The notes under the pieces: model-generated | What the model saw: only the letters and a program-made list of their open reading frames with translations | The model's database searches: none | Told to the model about the DNA's origin: nothing | Assembly: GCF_006345805.1 (NCBI RefSeq) | Contig: NC_043007.1 | Location: 13,888,001-13,952,000 of the forward strand | Source: Octopus sinensis | Taxonomy: Eukaryota | Direction of reading: 5' to 3' | Length of the DNA: 64,000 nucleotides | In this document: positions 11,431 through 23,720 of the stretch, piece by piece | Layout: the number at the start of each line of letters is the position of its first letter | Position numbering within the stretch: the first letter of the stretch is position 1 | Program-made: the position numbers and the translations under genes

Positions 11431-11878
11431 CCCTTTAGCATTTAATCTGGTCATATGGAGGCGCAATGGCCCAATGGTTAGGGCAGCGGACTCGCGGTCG
11501 TAGGATCGCGGTTTCGATTCCCAGACCGGGCGTTGTGAGTGTTTATTGAGCGAAAACACCTAAAAGCTCCACGTGGCTCCGGCAGGGATGGTGGTGATCC
11601 CTGCTGTACTCTTTCAAATGGCGGTGCCCCAGCATGGCCACAGCTCATGAGCTGAAACTAGAATCAATCAATCATATCCAGCCCAAATATTTTACCCTTT
11701 TTATGATAAAACTGCCCTGATCCAGCGATTTGTACCTACCGTACAATACCATTTTAAATATATAGACAACCACATCATTGAAATCTCAAAGCTGCAAGGT
11801 AGCGAATGATTAATTCAAAACAATGTGAATAAGTTAGCATTATATTTGACAAAGAAGTCTGAATGCTAAGGGGGTTAA
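11431..11878. mobile_element. piggyBac-type MITE, second family, interrupted by a SINE
   Basis: CCCTTTAGCATT ... AATGCTAAGGGGG-TTAA; related right end at 62765-62965. Confidence 0.7.
11457..11671 (+). mobile_element. chimeric SINE with an OR-type head and a family-A-like tail, TSD TCATAT
   Basis: tcatat at 11451-11456 and 11672-11677; after ctgctgtactctttca (11616) the sequence switches to ggcggtgccccagcatggccacag. Confidence 0.75.
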
Positions 11879-11976
11879 TTTAATATTCCAGGTGAACAGA
11901 ACTTTACGCTGTGTAAAGGTGTTAAATTTATTTTTCACTACAACAACTACTGAGCAATTATATTAAATATATATTT

Positions 11977-12182
11977 ACTCTTTTGCGACCAAATGTTAAA
12001 TTATATTTCTTTGTTTTAATTTTAAAAATTATGAAGAATTTATTAAAACAATTTTGCCATTATTAAGCAGGTGTTTGGAATAATAATCAACATGAAATTA
12101 TCGTAGAAGGTTTATAATTTAGGGAATTTTTTTAACAGAGCACCAAAAGTAGGTTTCAAGAAGGTTGGTATGAAAAGGGTTG
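11977..12182. mobile_element. degenerate MITE related to the element hosting the 139-bp array
   Basis: atgaagaattt..attaag..tttggaat core shared with 6140-6240; ends gaaaagggtt. Confidence 0.45.
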
Positions 12183-12639
12183 TATGCAAACACAGCTATT
12201 AAACCAGTGGTTTCTAAATACATTCTTAAAAAATATAATCCATGTCTTTAGCAAATCTGTACAAAGCATCTTGGAAAATAATTTTATTATGTTTCTATAT
12301 TAGCCACACAGAGTTGAACATAGACGGGATAATTTACAAAGTAGAGCTTTTCTTTTTGGGGAGAACAAAAAAAAAAAAAAGTGGGGTAAGTTTTCGATCA
12401 AAAGGGATTGTAAAAAGGAAAGGAAAAAAAAAAACGATCAATAGGGATCGTGTATCACAGAAATGTCTTGACGTAAAGTGTAAAGGGGGAAGCAGATAAG
12501 GTTTATCCGCAGAAAGAAAAGCCTACGGAAAAGACCACGGTAACCTCGCAGCCAAATGATTAATAAGAACAAGGCAAGCAGTAGTGCATGTGTGTATAAG
12601 TACATATATCTGTGCTTTTGTGTCCATGCATGTCTGTGT

Positions 12640-12800
12640 CCTCCCTCCCTACACACTCACTATTGCCTGACAGCCAGTGTTGGTTTGTTTACAACCCCAT
12701 AAAGCAGTTTGGCAAAAGAGGGTACATTTGATTGACAAAACTCTTCAGAGCAGTACCCAGCATGACTGCAGTCCAAAAACTGGAACAAGGAATAAGATAA
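12640..12800 (+). mobile_element. degenerate family A SINE 3' part
   Basis: gacagccagtgttggtttgtttac..gcagtttggcaaaagag..cccagcatgactgcagtc. Confidence 0.55.
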
Positions 12801-13025
12801 AAGCACGAAGCATGCTAGTAATTTTTTATTTTCTTTTATATCCACTTCATCTACAGTGTGCCATGAAAACAACCAAGAATCAATTGATTAAGGATTAACA
12901 TGCAATTAATTAATCCTAATTATATCTCTACATGCATTAAATGATGACTCACAAAATAAAATGGTTAGGAAAATGTATTTCGAAAAAAAATGCATTTTTA
13001 AAAAATTTCCATACAATAAGACATT

Positions 13026-13069
<44 letters not shown>

Positions 13070-13080
<11 letters not shown>

Positions 13081-13454
13081 AAGCTAAAGTTGTCTGTGTG
13101 CGGAAGGTTTGGTAGCCTTCAACTAACACTATCTCCTCCGAGACCCTGCGGCGCAAGTTGACCAAAATTGAAAGTATGATAGAAGAAGGCTTGCTCTTCA
13201 TTGCGTAGAAGAAAAAATTCAAATCGGACCATGTTAAAACCAAAAATTATTTACATCAAAAAGGTGCTTTTTTTCTATGAAAATCCCTATTTTTTATAAT
13301 TTTTTGACTGCTGTGTCGCCATTTTTCAGTGAATTTCAACCAGAAAAATCTTCACTTAAAGAGAATAACAAGCTACATAATGCAAAATTTTTACTTTTCA
13401 AAAATTCCAATTCTAAAGGGTCAAAACAAACCCGAGCAATGCCGGGCGATACTG

Positions 13455-13458
<4 letters not shown>
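13070..13458 (+). mobile_element. non-autonomous Helitron, family 1
   Basis: TATATAAAGCTAAAGTTGTCTG start; cccgagcaatgccggg hairpin near the 3' end; terminal CTAG reads CTTA; (TA)n on both sides. Confidence 0.75.
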
Positions 13459-13505
<47 letters not shown>

Positions 13506-13769
13506 CTCAGTGAAAGCCATTCTGTGACATTATATATTAATGCAATATGTCTTGTACTTTTGTAGAAAGTGGCCTGTTTATAGAGGTCAACTATATACAG
13601 GTTAGAATATTTTCGAAATTAAGTGAAACCAAAACAATGTGTTCCAATAGAAATATGGTAATTAGAGAGCAAAAGACTAATTAAACAGACAAACAGAAAT
13701 TATAAGGTGAACATTTGGCCCTGCTATTTACATTTCTGTAAGAAAATGTTTGAGACTATCTTAAGCTGT

Positions 13770-13920
13770 TGATTTGTTAGTTCTCATCCAGGTCTGTCCT
13801 GATTGAGCAGGCTTTTGATCAAAGATAATCCAGCTGTGACCAACCTGTCATTGTGTCCCCCACCCCCCAGACAAGATCAATAAGACGATATGGTGTGAAT
13901 TTGAAGGAGATTTGGTCTAA
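13770..13920 (-). mobile_element. family G SINE fragment
   Basis: ccaggtctgtcctgattgagcaggcttttgatcaaag..ccagctgtgacca and gtgaatttgaaggagatttgg. Confidence 0.55.
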
Positions 13921-14010
13921 CTCTAATCAATTTGAGCAACCAAAAAAAAAAGCCCTTCTATAGGTCCAGCTTTCAAACAACTACATACAATTAAATCCAT
14001 ATTAAAGCAT

Positions 14011-14335
14011 ACCCGTGCCAGTGACAAGTTAAAAGCACCGGCCGAACGTGGAGACACCAGGGCCGCCTGGCTAGCGTCTGTGTTGGTGACATGTAAAAGC
14101 ACCAACCGATCGTGGCCGTTTGCCAGCCTCCTCTGGCCCCTGAGCCGGTGGCACATAAAAAGCACCCAGTACACTCAGGGAGTGGTTGGCGTTAGGAAGG
14201 GCATCCAGCTGTAGAAACACTGCCAGATCAGACTGGCGCCTGGTGCAGCCTCCTTCCTGGCTTCCCAGACCCTGGTCGAACCGTCCATCCCATGCTAGCA
14301 TGGAAAACGGACGTTAAACGATGATGATGATGATG
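14011..14335 (+). mobile_element. family C element with a (GAT)n tail, likely RTE-mobilised
   Basis: gttggcgttaggaagggcatccagctgtagaaac..catggaaaacggacgttaaacgatgatgat; homologous copies at 15471, 32691, 40131, 41311. Confidence 0.8.
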
Positions 14336-14610
14336 TCTCTAGAGAATAATATCTTCAGCTACAAACAAATTCTGAGCTTGAAAATCCTGGTCAAAATTAC
14401 TCAACACCATGAAATGTGGTATAGGCCCCAGTATAGTGCTGTACATACTGTTTAAGAGAGTAAATGGAAAATGAGGGAGAGTGAGGAGAGGGATAAAAGA
14501 TATAAGCTGTTTTTTAGGCTACAATAGTAAGCCTGTTCAGAAAAAATCCAAGATTGCCATCTACTCTGTACGCATGTATAATACATACATACATGTGTGT
14601 GTGTGTATAT

Positions 14611-14642
<32 letters not shown>

Positions 14643-14949
14643 AATATTAAAAGTCTATAAAAGCCAGACTTCGTTGAGCATATTTTCGACCAAGATTTGT
14701 TATCTTTTAGAAATTCTATCAATAGTTGTTGCTATTAAGAATTACTGATTATAATAAAACTATTTTAATAGTCCTTTATATAATAAACTAAATCTGGACT
14801 TTTGTTAAAGAAATGTTGGTGGTACATGGGAAAAAAAGAGAGAGAGAAAGAGAGAAACAAGAATATTTGGCAGAGTAATTATAAATTCCAGATTACTGAA
14901 AGAACGAAGGAATAGATTAGGGGTATTGTTTATTTATATGGAAGTACAT

Positions 14950-15215
14950 AGTGGTCGCGAAGGCACGTGACCTGTGACCTTGTGCTCAGGGTGTTGCACT
15001 CATAATCGCAAGATTAGGCTTTTTGATTTCTGGTGGTACATTGTGTTCTTAAGCAAGTCATTTCATTTCACATTGCTCCAGTTCACTCAGCCGTAAAAGG
15101 ATAACTCCGCAACATCCTGTTCAGTGGATGTGTTGTGATCTTGGTTACTTATAGGACATGGAAACCGGGTAAGCAGCCCCGATGAGTCCTAGGAGGCAAG
15201 AGGGGATTTACTATG
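14950..15215 (+). mobile_element. family E tRNA-type SINE, degenerate
   Basis: tcagggtgttgcactc..atcgcaagat head and ttgtgttcttaagcaagtcatttcatttcacattgctccag core; inverse copy at 51430-51700. Confidence 0.55.
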
Positions 15216-15470
15216 TAGTGGTCATGCCTTTCCATGCTAATTAGCAATTAGCTGACTGAAGTAAGTGCAAATTTGAGATCACATTCCTAGATCGTAATTA
15301 GTATTAATCGATAGTACAACATCATTTTAATTTCTCTCCTTTCAACTTCTTCCTTGAAGAAGGGTTGTGTTTGAAATGTTGGATTTTCCACCCCTCACAG
15401 CAAGTTCACTGTACCCTTTTTATTGAGTTTAACACATAATATAAATCTTGCCAATGCAGAACACCAGTAT

Positions 15471-15883
15471 CCCATTGGAGCCTGATCACAGAGACCTCCT
15501 GTACTTGAGGAGACCTATTGAGTCAAGTACATCAAAATCAAATGGAAATTGTAGTTGTGATCCCCGTGCCAGTGGCACATAAAAAAGCACCATCTAAACA
15601 TCGCTGATTCCAGCACTGGCTTGACTCGCTTCTGTGCTGGTGGCATATAAAAAGCACCAACCGATCATAATTGTTGCCAGCCTCCTCTGGTCCCTGTGCC
15701 GGTGGCACATAAAAGGCACCCACTGCACTCATGGAGTGGTTGGCGTTAGGAAGGGCATCCAGCTGTAGAAACACCGCCAGATCAGACTGGAGCCTAGTGC
15801 AGCCTCCTGGCTTCCCAGACCCCAGTTGAACTGTCCAACTCATGCCAGCATGGAAAACAGACGTTAAATGATGATGATGATGA
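15471..15883 (+). mobile_element. family C element with a (GAT)n tail
   Basis: same body and tail as 14011-14335. Confidence 0.8.
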
Positions 15884-16013
15884 TATATATTTGCTACCTA
15901 AATGTGGCTAACCCTTAAGGGTCGATGTTACTGTAGCTTGTAGCCCCAGGAAGACATCTCCTCCAGCTGGTTATTGACACACTACCTCGCTCAGAGATTT
16001 ATATTTTATATAT

Positions 16014-16055
<42 letters not shown>

Positions 16056-16059
<4 letters not shown>

Positions 16060-16262
16060 TAATCCAAACAAGAAAGCACAAAAAAACACAACAACGCGAG
16101 GACGTGAAACAAATATAGTTATTATTGGACGCTCAGGAAAGAAGGAGGGTTTAACGTTTCGAGTGGAGCTCTTCGTCGGAAACATAGGGGATGGAAAGAT
16201 CCAGAGAACGGAAGACAGAGGGAAAAAAAAAAAATCGACAACGGTACACACGCGGTCACATT
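16056..16262 (-). mobile_element. Penelope-like terminal-repeat fragment between microsatellites
   Basis: carries the ccgacgaagagc..ctcgaaacgtt signature followed by a T-rich tail on the minus strand; flanked by (TA)n and (CA)n. Confidence 0.55.
16149..16183 (-). ncRNA. minimal type I hammerhead ribozyme-like motif with a core substitution
   Basis: minus strand GTTT-CCGACGA-A-GAGCTCCACTC-GAA-ACGT-T-AAAC: 4-bp stem I, GAG/CTC stem II, palindromic ACGT stem III; core reads CCGA instead of CTGA. Confidence 0.5.
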
Positions 16263-16269
16263 TATATTT

Positions 16270-16302
<33 letters not shown>

Positions 16303-16339
16303 AACACATGCACACACAATGATAGATTCTTAACAGTTG

Positions 16340-16530
16340 ATGCTATTGCTGTTTAATCCTATGTCAGCTCTGGCTAAGCAGACATAATAATCAAAGGTGT
16401 TCCGGCCATGCCTATTCCATTGGTTTGTATAACGAAGACTACGTTATATAATGCCGCTTTTCCCTTTTTCTTCTTCTTTTAAAAATGGCGAAGTGTGATT
16501 TGAAGGAATATGGCCGATATTTTTCTAACA
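16340..16530 (-). mobile_element. family G SINE
   Basis: gctgtttaatcctatgtcagctctggctaagcagacata..atcaaagg and gtgtgatttgaaggaatatggccgatattttcta. Confidence 0.55.
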
Positions 16531-16739
16531 GCTACCGTTATTACGATTGTCACAAAAGAGAGAGAGGAGAGAGAGAGTATCAATGATATTCAACAAATGG
16601 AAATAATATATTGATGATGATGATGATGATGAAGTGGTGATGGAGAAATAAATAATTTAGCAAAATACGTTCATTTGTTCATCACCAGTTACAACTCTAT
16701 CAGCAACGAATATAACATTCTGAAGCCATTAATAAAAAC

Positions 16740-16965
16740 CTAGAAATAGCAGCCTAATCTCCCTCGGTCCATTACCGTTTCTTTCTATCTTTAAGAGAAA
16801 AGAAGCAATGTAATGCAGGGTACACTACCAACTTGAGGAACAACAACAACAAAAAAAAAAAACAGAAAAAAAACAGGAGGTGAATGTGTTCAAAACCCTG
16901 GATTGCCTTTGATCATAGATCTGCTTGATCAGAGATGACCCAGGGCTAAACAACAAGAACAAGAC
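16740..16965 (+). mobile_element. family G SINE
   Basis: ctagaaatagcagcctaatctccctc..cctttgatcatagatctgcttgatcagagatgacccagggctaaacaacaa. Confidence 0.6.
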
Positions 16966-17419
16966 CATCATTGCGTTGGTAACTATGACAACAACCATCA
17001 CACAACCACCATAAAGCATTCTGAAACGAGGTAATTATTTAGTGGGTAGCTAGTGGTTAAAACATCTCTCCTGCCCCCTCCGCCGACCGAACCAAACCCC
17101 CCCCCCCACCACCACCACACCATGTTCTTCTGCACCGCTCCTGCTCACCACATCTCGTGTGTCCACTCTCCCTATTAGGGTTTTTTTTTTATCTTGTTCG
17201 TTGCCTAAAACCGAGGTTCTTAAAGCTCTCATCCCGACTTTCTTTCCCCGGTTGTGCAATGTTTAATATTAACAACAGATTTGTAGCTGTTAACACAGCT
17301 AATGTACCCAAAGCAAACAACACACAGCAATCGTAGATATTGAAGCCTGTGTGTGTGTGTGTGTGTGTGTGAAAAGAGGGGACATTGTATTTAGGGGGAT
17401 AATACTGCCTGAAAATAAG

Positions 17420-17850
17420 TGTTGTGTGTGTGTGTGTATATATATATATACATATGTGTGTGTGTGTATGTATATATATGTATGTGTGTATGTATGTATA
17501 TATATATGTGTGTGTATGTATATATATGTATGTGTGTGTATGTATGTATATATATATGTGTGTGTATGTATATATATGTATGTGTGTATGTATGTATATG
17601 TATAGGTGTGTGTTGATATATAGTATGTGTGTATGTATGTATTATATATATGTGTGTGTGTTATATATATCTATTAATATATGTATGTGTATGTATGTAT
17701 ATAGTGTGTGTGTATGATGTATATATATGTGTGTTGGTATGTATGTAGGTATGTATATGTGTGTGTATATATATATTATATATATATTATATATAATATA
17801 TACTATGTGTGTGTGTGTGTGTGGTATATATGTATATATAAAGAGGATGG
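17420..17850. repeat. mixed (TG)/(TA) compound microsatellite
   Basis: direct inspection. Confidence 0.95.
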
Positions 17851-18191
17851 AGAGAGAGGAGACAATACAAACAATATAGATTTAGATGAAATTAGATATA
17901 TAGAGTGGTGGGGAAGAAGGGACGAGTTGAAGGAAGCAGAAAGATAGATATAAATGGGGAGGGAGAGAGAGAGAGAGAGAGAGAATGGCTGTAGACCCAT
18001 GTTTCCTGGCCATTGTCCACACACTGGAACTAAGTGTATTACAGGATCTATGGTTTCCAAATACACAGCAAATTGCTTCCTATTTTTCTAAGATTATTAG
18101 CTTGTAAGCCACTTAAGAGATATACTCAATCAGTGAGTGTGAGGGAGGTGAAGGAGGAGGAGAAGAGAAGGAAGAAGGGAACAGATGCCAG

Positions 18192-18224
<33 letters not shown>

Positions 18225-19198
18225 AGAGACAGAGGGAGGGAGGAAATTTATTTGAAGTTGGATGTAAGGGAGGAAGAGGAGGAGATGATGAAATAGAAAG
18301 AAGGGCATGAGGAGGAGGAGGACAGAGAGATAGAACTAGAAAGAGAGATAGACAAAAAGAGAACAGGGGGAGAAGGGGCAGGAGACAATCAATGGTGATA
18401 AATAAAAAAAAAAAACAGAAATACATTAAGCTTTTTTACTGTTTTTTTTTCTTCTTTTCTTCTCAGAAAGAGAATCTTCACACCAAATTTCTGAATCAGC
18501 CCCTAACCCCACGGGCAATATTTGTAAAGAGTGAGAGAACTAGAGACAAGTGGTGGTGGTGGTGGTGGTAGTGGAGGTGTTGGCGGTGGACGTGCGAGGG
18601 GGGGGGGACAAAAACACATATTTTAACCCCACCCTCCACCCTACCCCCCACTGCACCCTAGTATTCCTCTCTTCTAAATGAATAACAACAACAACAACAA
18701 TAATAAAAAAAAAGTCTTGAAGACTTTGTCATTTCGAGTTGAAGTTATTAAGGAAATGCAAGCGTGTGTGTGTGTGTAGGGGTAGAGGAAGATTTCAAGA
18801 AAAAAATTTTTTAGTGTCCAACAGAGATAATTCCAACATAATGGCAGCTTTTAACACAAAGTCGAGGACCTTGTGGGGACAGGAACACGAGGGAAGAGTG
18901 GGATGCATGTGTAATTAATGGATCCCAGGCCCAATTGCTCTGAGTGGGATTTGAACTTGAATATCCATCCCTGTAATCATGTGGTAACAAACTATATACC
19001 ACAATGCATTGTCCACAGCGCCAACTCTCGGTGGTGGCCGTTTCTTACAGAGATGTTGAAAGCTCAGGAAATTTTAGGGGGTTAAGTGGGGACACATTTG
19101 ACCAAGGGTAATTAGGGGGCAATCAGTGAAACGATATAATCCCAAGTTAAAATGGAAACTGGGACAAATGCTCCATCTAACCTTTTAGTCACCATGTT

Positions 19199-19605
19199 CC
19201 TTTTAGTCATTTGGCTGTGGCCATGCTGGAGCACTGCCTTTAGTGGAAGAAATCGATCCCAGGACTTATTCTTTGTAAGCCTAGTACTTATTCTATCGGT
19301 CTCTTTTGCTGAACTGCTAAGTTTCGAGGAGATAAACACACCAACATCAGTTGTTAAGCGATGGTAGGGAGGACAAACACAGACACAAATACATACATCG
19401 TGTGTGTGTGTATATATATACATACATACATACATACACGTATGTATACAACGGGCTTCTTTCAGTTTCTCTCTACCAAATCCAGTCACAAGGCTTCGGT
19501 CGACCCAAGGCTATAGTAGAAGACACTTGCCCAAGGTGCCACGCAGTGGGACTGAACCTGGAACCATGTGGTTGGAAAGCAAGCTTCTTACCACACAGCC
19601 ATACC
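19199..19605 (-). mobile_element. family A tRNA-derived CORE-like SINE, near full length
   Basis: reverse complement reads gtgtggtaagaagcttgc..gggttcagtccc..ccttgggcaagtgtcttctactatagcc..ccagcatggccacagccaaatgact. Confidence 0.85.
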
Positions 19606-19677
19606 TAACTGAAGAATTTAGCGAAAGAATTGTTTGGGTCACAAGTTAACCTGAAGTTTTGATAGCTTTTAATTTAG

Positions 19678-19730
19678 ATCATTTTAAAACAAGAAGTTCG
19701 TACCATAGAATCAGGGCCAGTCTCAGGCAG
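19678..19730 (+). CDS. candidate 53-nt exon (DHFKTRSSYHRIRASLRQ or IILKQEVRTIESGPVSG)
   Basis: ttttaatttag acceptor and consensus CAG|gtaagt donor in non-repeat sequence; two frames open. Confidence 0.3.
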
Positions 19731-19753
19731 GTAAGTATCAAATGGGTTAAGGA

Positions 19754-20048
19754 TAGTAGTTCTCAACTGGGGTCCATATAAACATTGCGGTTAATATAAA
19801 ATTTTGTTTTTGGAGTCCATATGAACCTTGGGGTTAATTAATAATTTCGTTAAAGTTAATTGTTAATTGCTTATACTTCTACAATATGTAAAATATTGAA
19901 ACAATGTACTTTATTTTATACAATTCCTCATAATATTTAATTATAAAACTAGGACTTTTAAAAACTCGAATGGATAGGAGGGCTCACCTGAAAAGAGCAG
20001 GAATCACAAAGGTCTACAGGTAAAAAAAATAATGGTTGAGAGCCATTG
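19754..20048. mobile_element. hAT-type MITE
   Basis: TAGTAGTTCTCAAC ... GTTGAGAGCCATTG termini with internal ggggtccata motifs. Confidence 0.6.
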
Positions 20049-20152
20049 AGAATCAATCCTTCCAGCCATGTAGCTTGAAACCCATTGCTACCAGAGCAAT
20101 CATTTTCTAAGTGTGTGTGTGTGTGTATGTGTAAGAAAATTGGTCACCCACA

Positions 20153-20382
20153 TTAACCATTTTGATATCAAGCCAGCTGAAACCAGTTCTGGCTCTGTAG
20201 TACAAACGTTTTGTTTTCGTAAGTCTTGAATTAAAATCTTCCACCAAACCTAAGTCACATTTTATGTTCCTAAAACTAGCTTAATGATAACTAAATTATT
20301 TTACTAAATTCTTTGTTATATCTAAAATTAATTGAGAGAAACATAGAGCATCTCAAAATAAATATGGTAACGAAAAGGTTAA
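20153..20382. mobile_element. piggyBac-type MITE
   Basis: TTAA-flanked; reverse orientation of the 373-601 family. Confidence 0.75.
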
Positions 20383-20503
20383 TCTCATATCCATTAAGAG
20401 ACAGGGCTGTGGTGTTCATGCAGATCTAAAAATGTAATGGTTATAAACATCATTTGAATAAACCACAAATCACTGGCGAAAAAAGCTACATGATACAACT
20501 AAC

Positions 20504-20741
20504 ATGAGAGTCTAAGCGGGAGTCGCAAGAGTCTGAGTGGGAGTCGCGAGAGTCTGAGTGGGAGTCGCGAGAGTCTGAGTGGGAGTCGCGAGAGTCTGAG
20601 TGGGAGTCACGAGAGTCTGAGTGGGAGTCACAGGAGTCTGAGTGGGATTCACAAGAGTCTGAGTGGGAGTCACAAGAATCTGAGTGGGAGTCACTAAGCA
20701 GGGAAATAGTGGGCAAATTTGCACCAAGGAACACTGTTGTC
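20504..20741 (-). CDS. candidate 238-nt exon encoding Ser/Asp/His heptads (SHSDSRD)
   Basis: tttgcgtattttag acceptor, CAT|gttagt donor, frame open throughout. Confidence 0.3.
20508..20696. repeat. nine 21-bp GC-rich tandem units (consensus gagtctgagtgggagtcrcra)
   Basis: units counted directly; CpG-to-CpA changes accumulate toward the right end. Confidence 0.95.
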
Positions 20742-21278
20742 CTAAAATACGCAAAGTCTACACTGGACAATGTATTACTTGATATATACAATAAGACGGG
20801 ATGGTCATAACTGGAATATCCGATAGCTGACTTGGGATGTTTAAATAACAGACCAACAGACGTTATATCATGATTTTCTCAGTTTGAAACCAGAACTGGC
20901 AAACAACCTGCCCTACGGCCTTTAGCGTTTGTTTCTTCTGTCCCACTCACATACATACAACAAAATCCAATCCATGTTAGGGTGGAAGAAGAAAAAAAAA
21001 AACGATGTGAAGTATATATATATATATATATTAAGGAGGTTGACCTTTTACATCATCAGCTAAACGGTGTACTGTGTCCACAGCGAATGTATCCGTGTGT
21101 GTGAGTTTGTGTGTGTGCAGAGTTGTTTTAGCAGGGATGGTGAATGTACCCACATCCTCTCCTCACACACACACACACACACACCAAAATACATTAAAAA
21201 CAAAAAAACAAAAAAAATTTGTAGTAGATGAAACGAAACAGACGAGGAGCTAACAAGCACTCCCGAATTAACACACAC

Positions 21279-21316
<38 letters not shown>

Positions 21317-21527
21317 ATCAACATGGAAAATTCTGTATGGCCACACTAAAGAATAAACCTTAGACTTGAATAAGCATCAAACTGCTGATACTGGAAGTAA
21401 TGAGAGTTTGGTTAAGACAGTAATGAAGATGCTTATATATATATATATCTATCATCTATCTATCTATATACACATATATATATATATATACACACACACA
21501 CAACGCACACACTCCCACACTCATATA

Positions 21528-21576
<49 letters not shown>

Positions 21577-21618
21577 ACGCACACACTCCCACACTCATAA
21601 TGTATATATATATATATA

Positions 21619-21664
<46 letters not shown>

Positions 21665-21769
21665 TTAACATATATATAAATACATGCACACATACATACA
21701 TATGTATGTGTGTGTATGTGTATAGATAGATGTGTAGATAACAAAAAAAATGTTTACACAAACATTGTA

Positions 21770-21816
<47 letters not shown>

Positions 21817-22438
21817 ATATATATATATATATATATTATATGTACATATACACACACACACACACACACAAAACTTTCAAAATGTTATCTAGGTTAAAGT
21901 TATGGACTGACACAATAGGAGAGAAAATACCAACTGAGCCAGCAAACAGTCACCCATTAGGCCCGGGGTTATTAAAAACCATGGCTTATCAACAGATGTG
22001 ACATTCACAGACAGGACAGAAAGAATCGCACAGAGGGGCACAATACAGAGAGAGAGAGAGAGAGAGAAGCAGAAATGGCAGTGCGGAGGTCTTAGAGACA
22101 TAATGAGTTCAAAGTATGTCACTGGTAGCAACAGACCTAAGAGCTGAGAAATGTCTATAATGCTTTGTATTTGGGCGTAGGTGTTTCTTTTACTGGTCAC
22201 TGGTACTAAGGACATGCTGGGCCGTTGTCTTCATGTAAGACAAAATAACTGTAATATGAAATATGTTACTTATTAAATATTATATACACACGCATGTACA
22301 AACTTACTCATGTAGAACAATATGTAGTATACATTATGTAACGCATTTCATGTATATTATGAGAATAATATAAATTAATGCTCAAAATACAATATATATT
22401 GTATAAAAATCACACACTCTACACACCAATATACACAC

Positions 22439-22490
<52 letters not shown>

Positions 22491-23159
22491 ATGTGTATTT
22501 ATATAATACACATACACATGTATATATATAATACACATACACATATGTATATATATATATATAACACACATACATACACATATATATACACGCATATGGT
22601 TATATATACCTGTATAATATATAATGCATATATTAGATATGCATATAATATAGTGTATATTAAATTGATGATGTATAAATTTACAATTATCACTTAAGAG
22701 AACTGGTGCAAAGACAATGGGTTGGGGGGGGGGGCTCCATCTTTTTACATTCTGGGTTCTAATTTCATGGGAGTTGAATTTCCTTTTTCACCCGTCTGGT
22801 TTGCTGGAAATAACCAGCATCACAAGAAATAATTACAGCAGGATGGTGAAAACAAGACACACCATTGGCAGTACCAAAGTTTATAACGACCAAAATTCCA
22901 ATGGATTAAACCCTGCCGTGGTCAAATGTGGCCTTTTGTTCTTCCACAAGCAAACATGTAAACACACACTAAAAAAAAAAAAAAAAAAAAAGCAAGATTG
23001 GAATACAAGGGGCAGTTATGGAAATGAGAACTTCTGAGACTGGTTGCCTTGACCAATCAAAAGTAATTAGCATGGAACCTAGATGATAACCAAAAGTAAA
23101 TGAGAGGAGGTAATGCCAACAGAAATCGGTAATTCCTTAAATGGAATAGATTTGAATTT

Positions 23160-23190
23160 TCTAACACATATACATGCATATGTATATGTA

Positions 23191-23226
<36 letters not shown>

Positions 23227-23553
23227 TATATGTGTATGTATACATACATACATACATGTATATATATATATGTGTATGTATACATACATACATATATATA
23301 TGTGTATGTATACATACATACATATATATGTGTATGTATACATACATACATACATATATATATATATATGTGTATGTATGTATACATACATACATACATA
23401 TATACATACATACACATATATACACACAAACACACACACACATATATATATATATACACATATATACACACAAACACACACACACATATATATATATATA
23501 TACACATATATACACACAAACACACACACACATATATATATATAAATACACAA

Positions 23554-23586
<33 letters not shown>

Positions 23587-23720
23587 AATACATACACACA
23601 CATATATACACACAAACACACACACACACACACACACACAAACATGGATGCATCCATGTTTCCACACACATACAAAGACATCAGCAAACATGCATTCCAT
23701 TACATATATATATATAATGA
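23160..23720. repeat. compound (TA)/(CA)/(TACA) microsatellite
   Basis: direct inspection; source of the 200-aa CVCV/YIYI ORFs. Confidence 0.95.

Noticed and set aside
11457-11535. tRNA-like sequence with A and B boxes
   Set aside because: No complete cloverleaf or terminator; it continues into a SINE body and has a homologue at 8337
15165-15215. CCGATGAGTCC as a hammerhead core
   Set aside because: No downstream GAAA box or stems; it is the 3' end of a family E SINE
16890-17035. Exon-like segment ending GAG|gtaatt
   Set aside because: Most of it is a family G SINE tail plus low-complexity sequence
21889-22215. 108-aa minus ORF and a 70-codon plus open stretch
   Set aside because: Spans a (GA)n tract, lacks good acceptors, and has no recognisable motif
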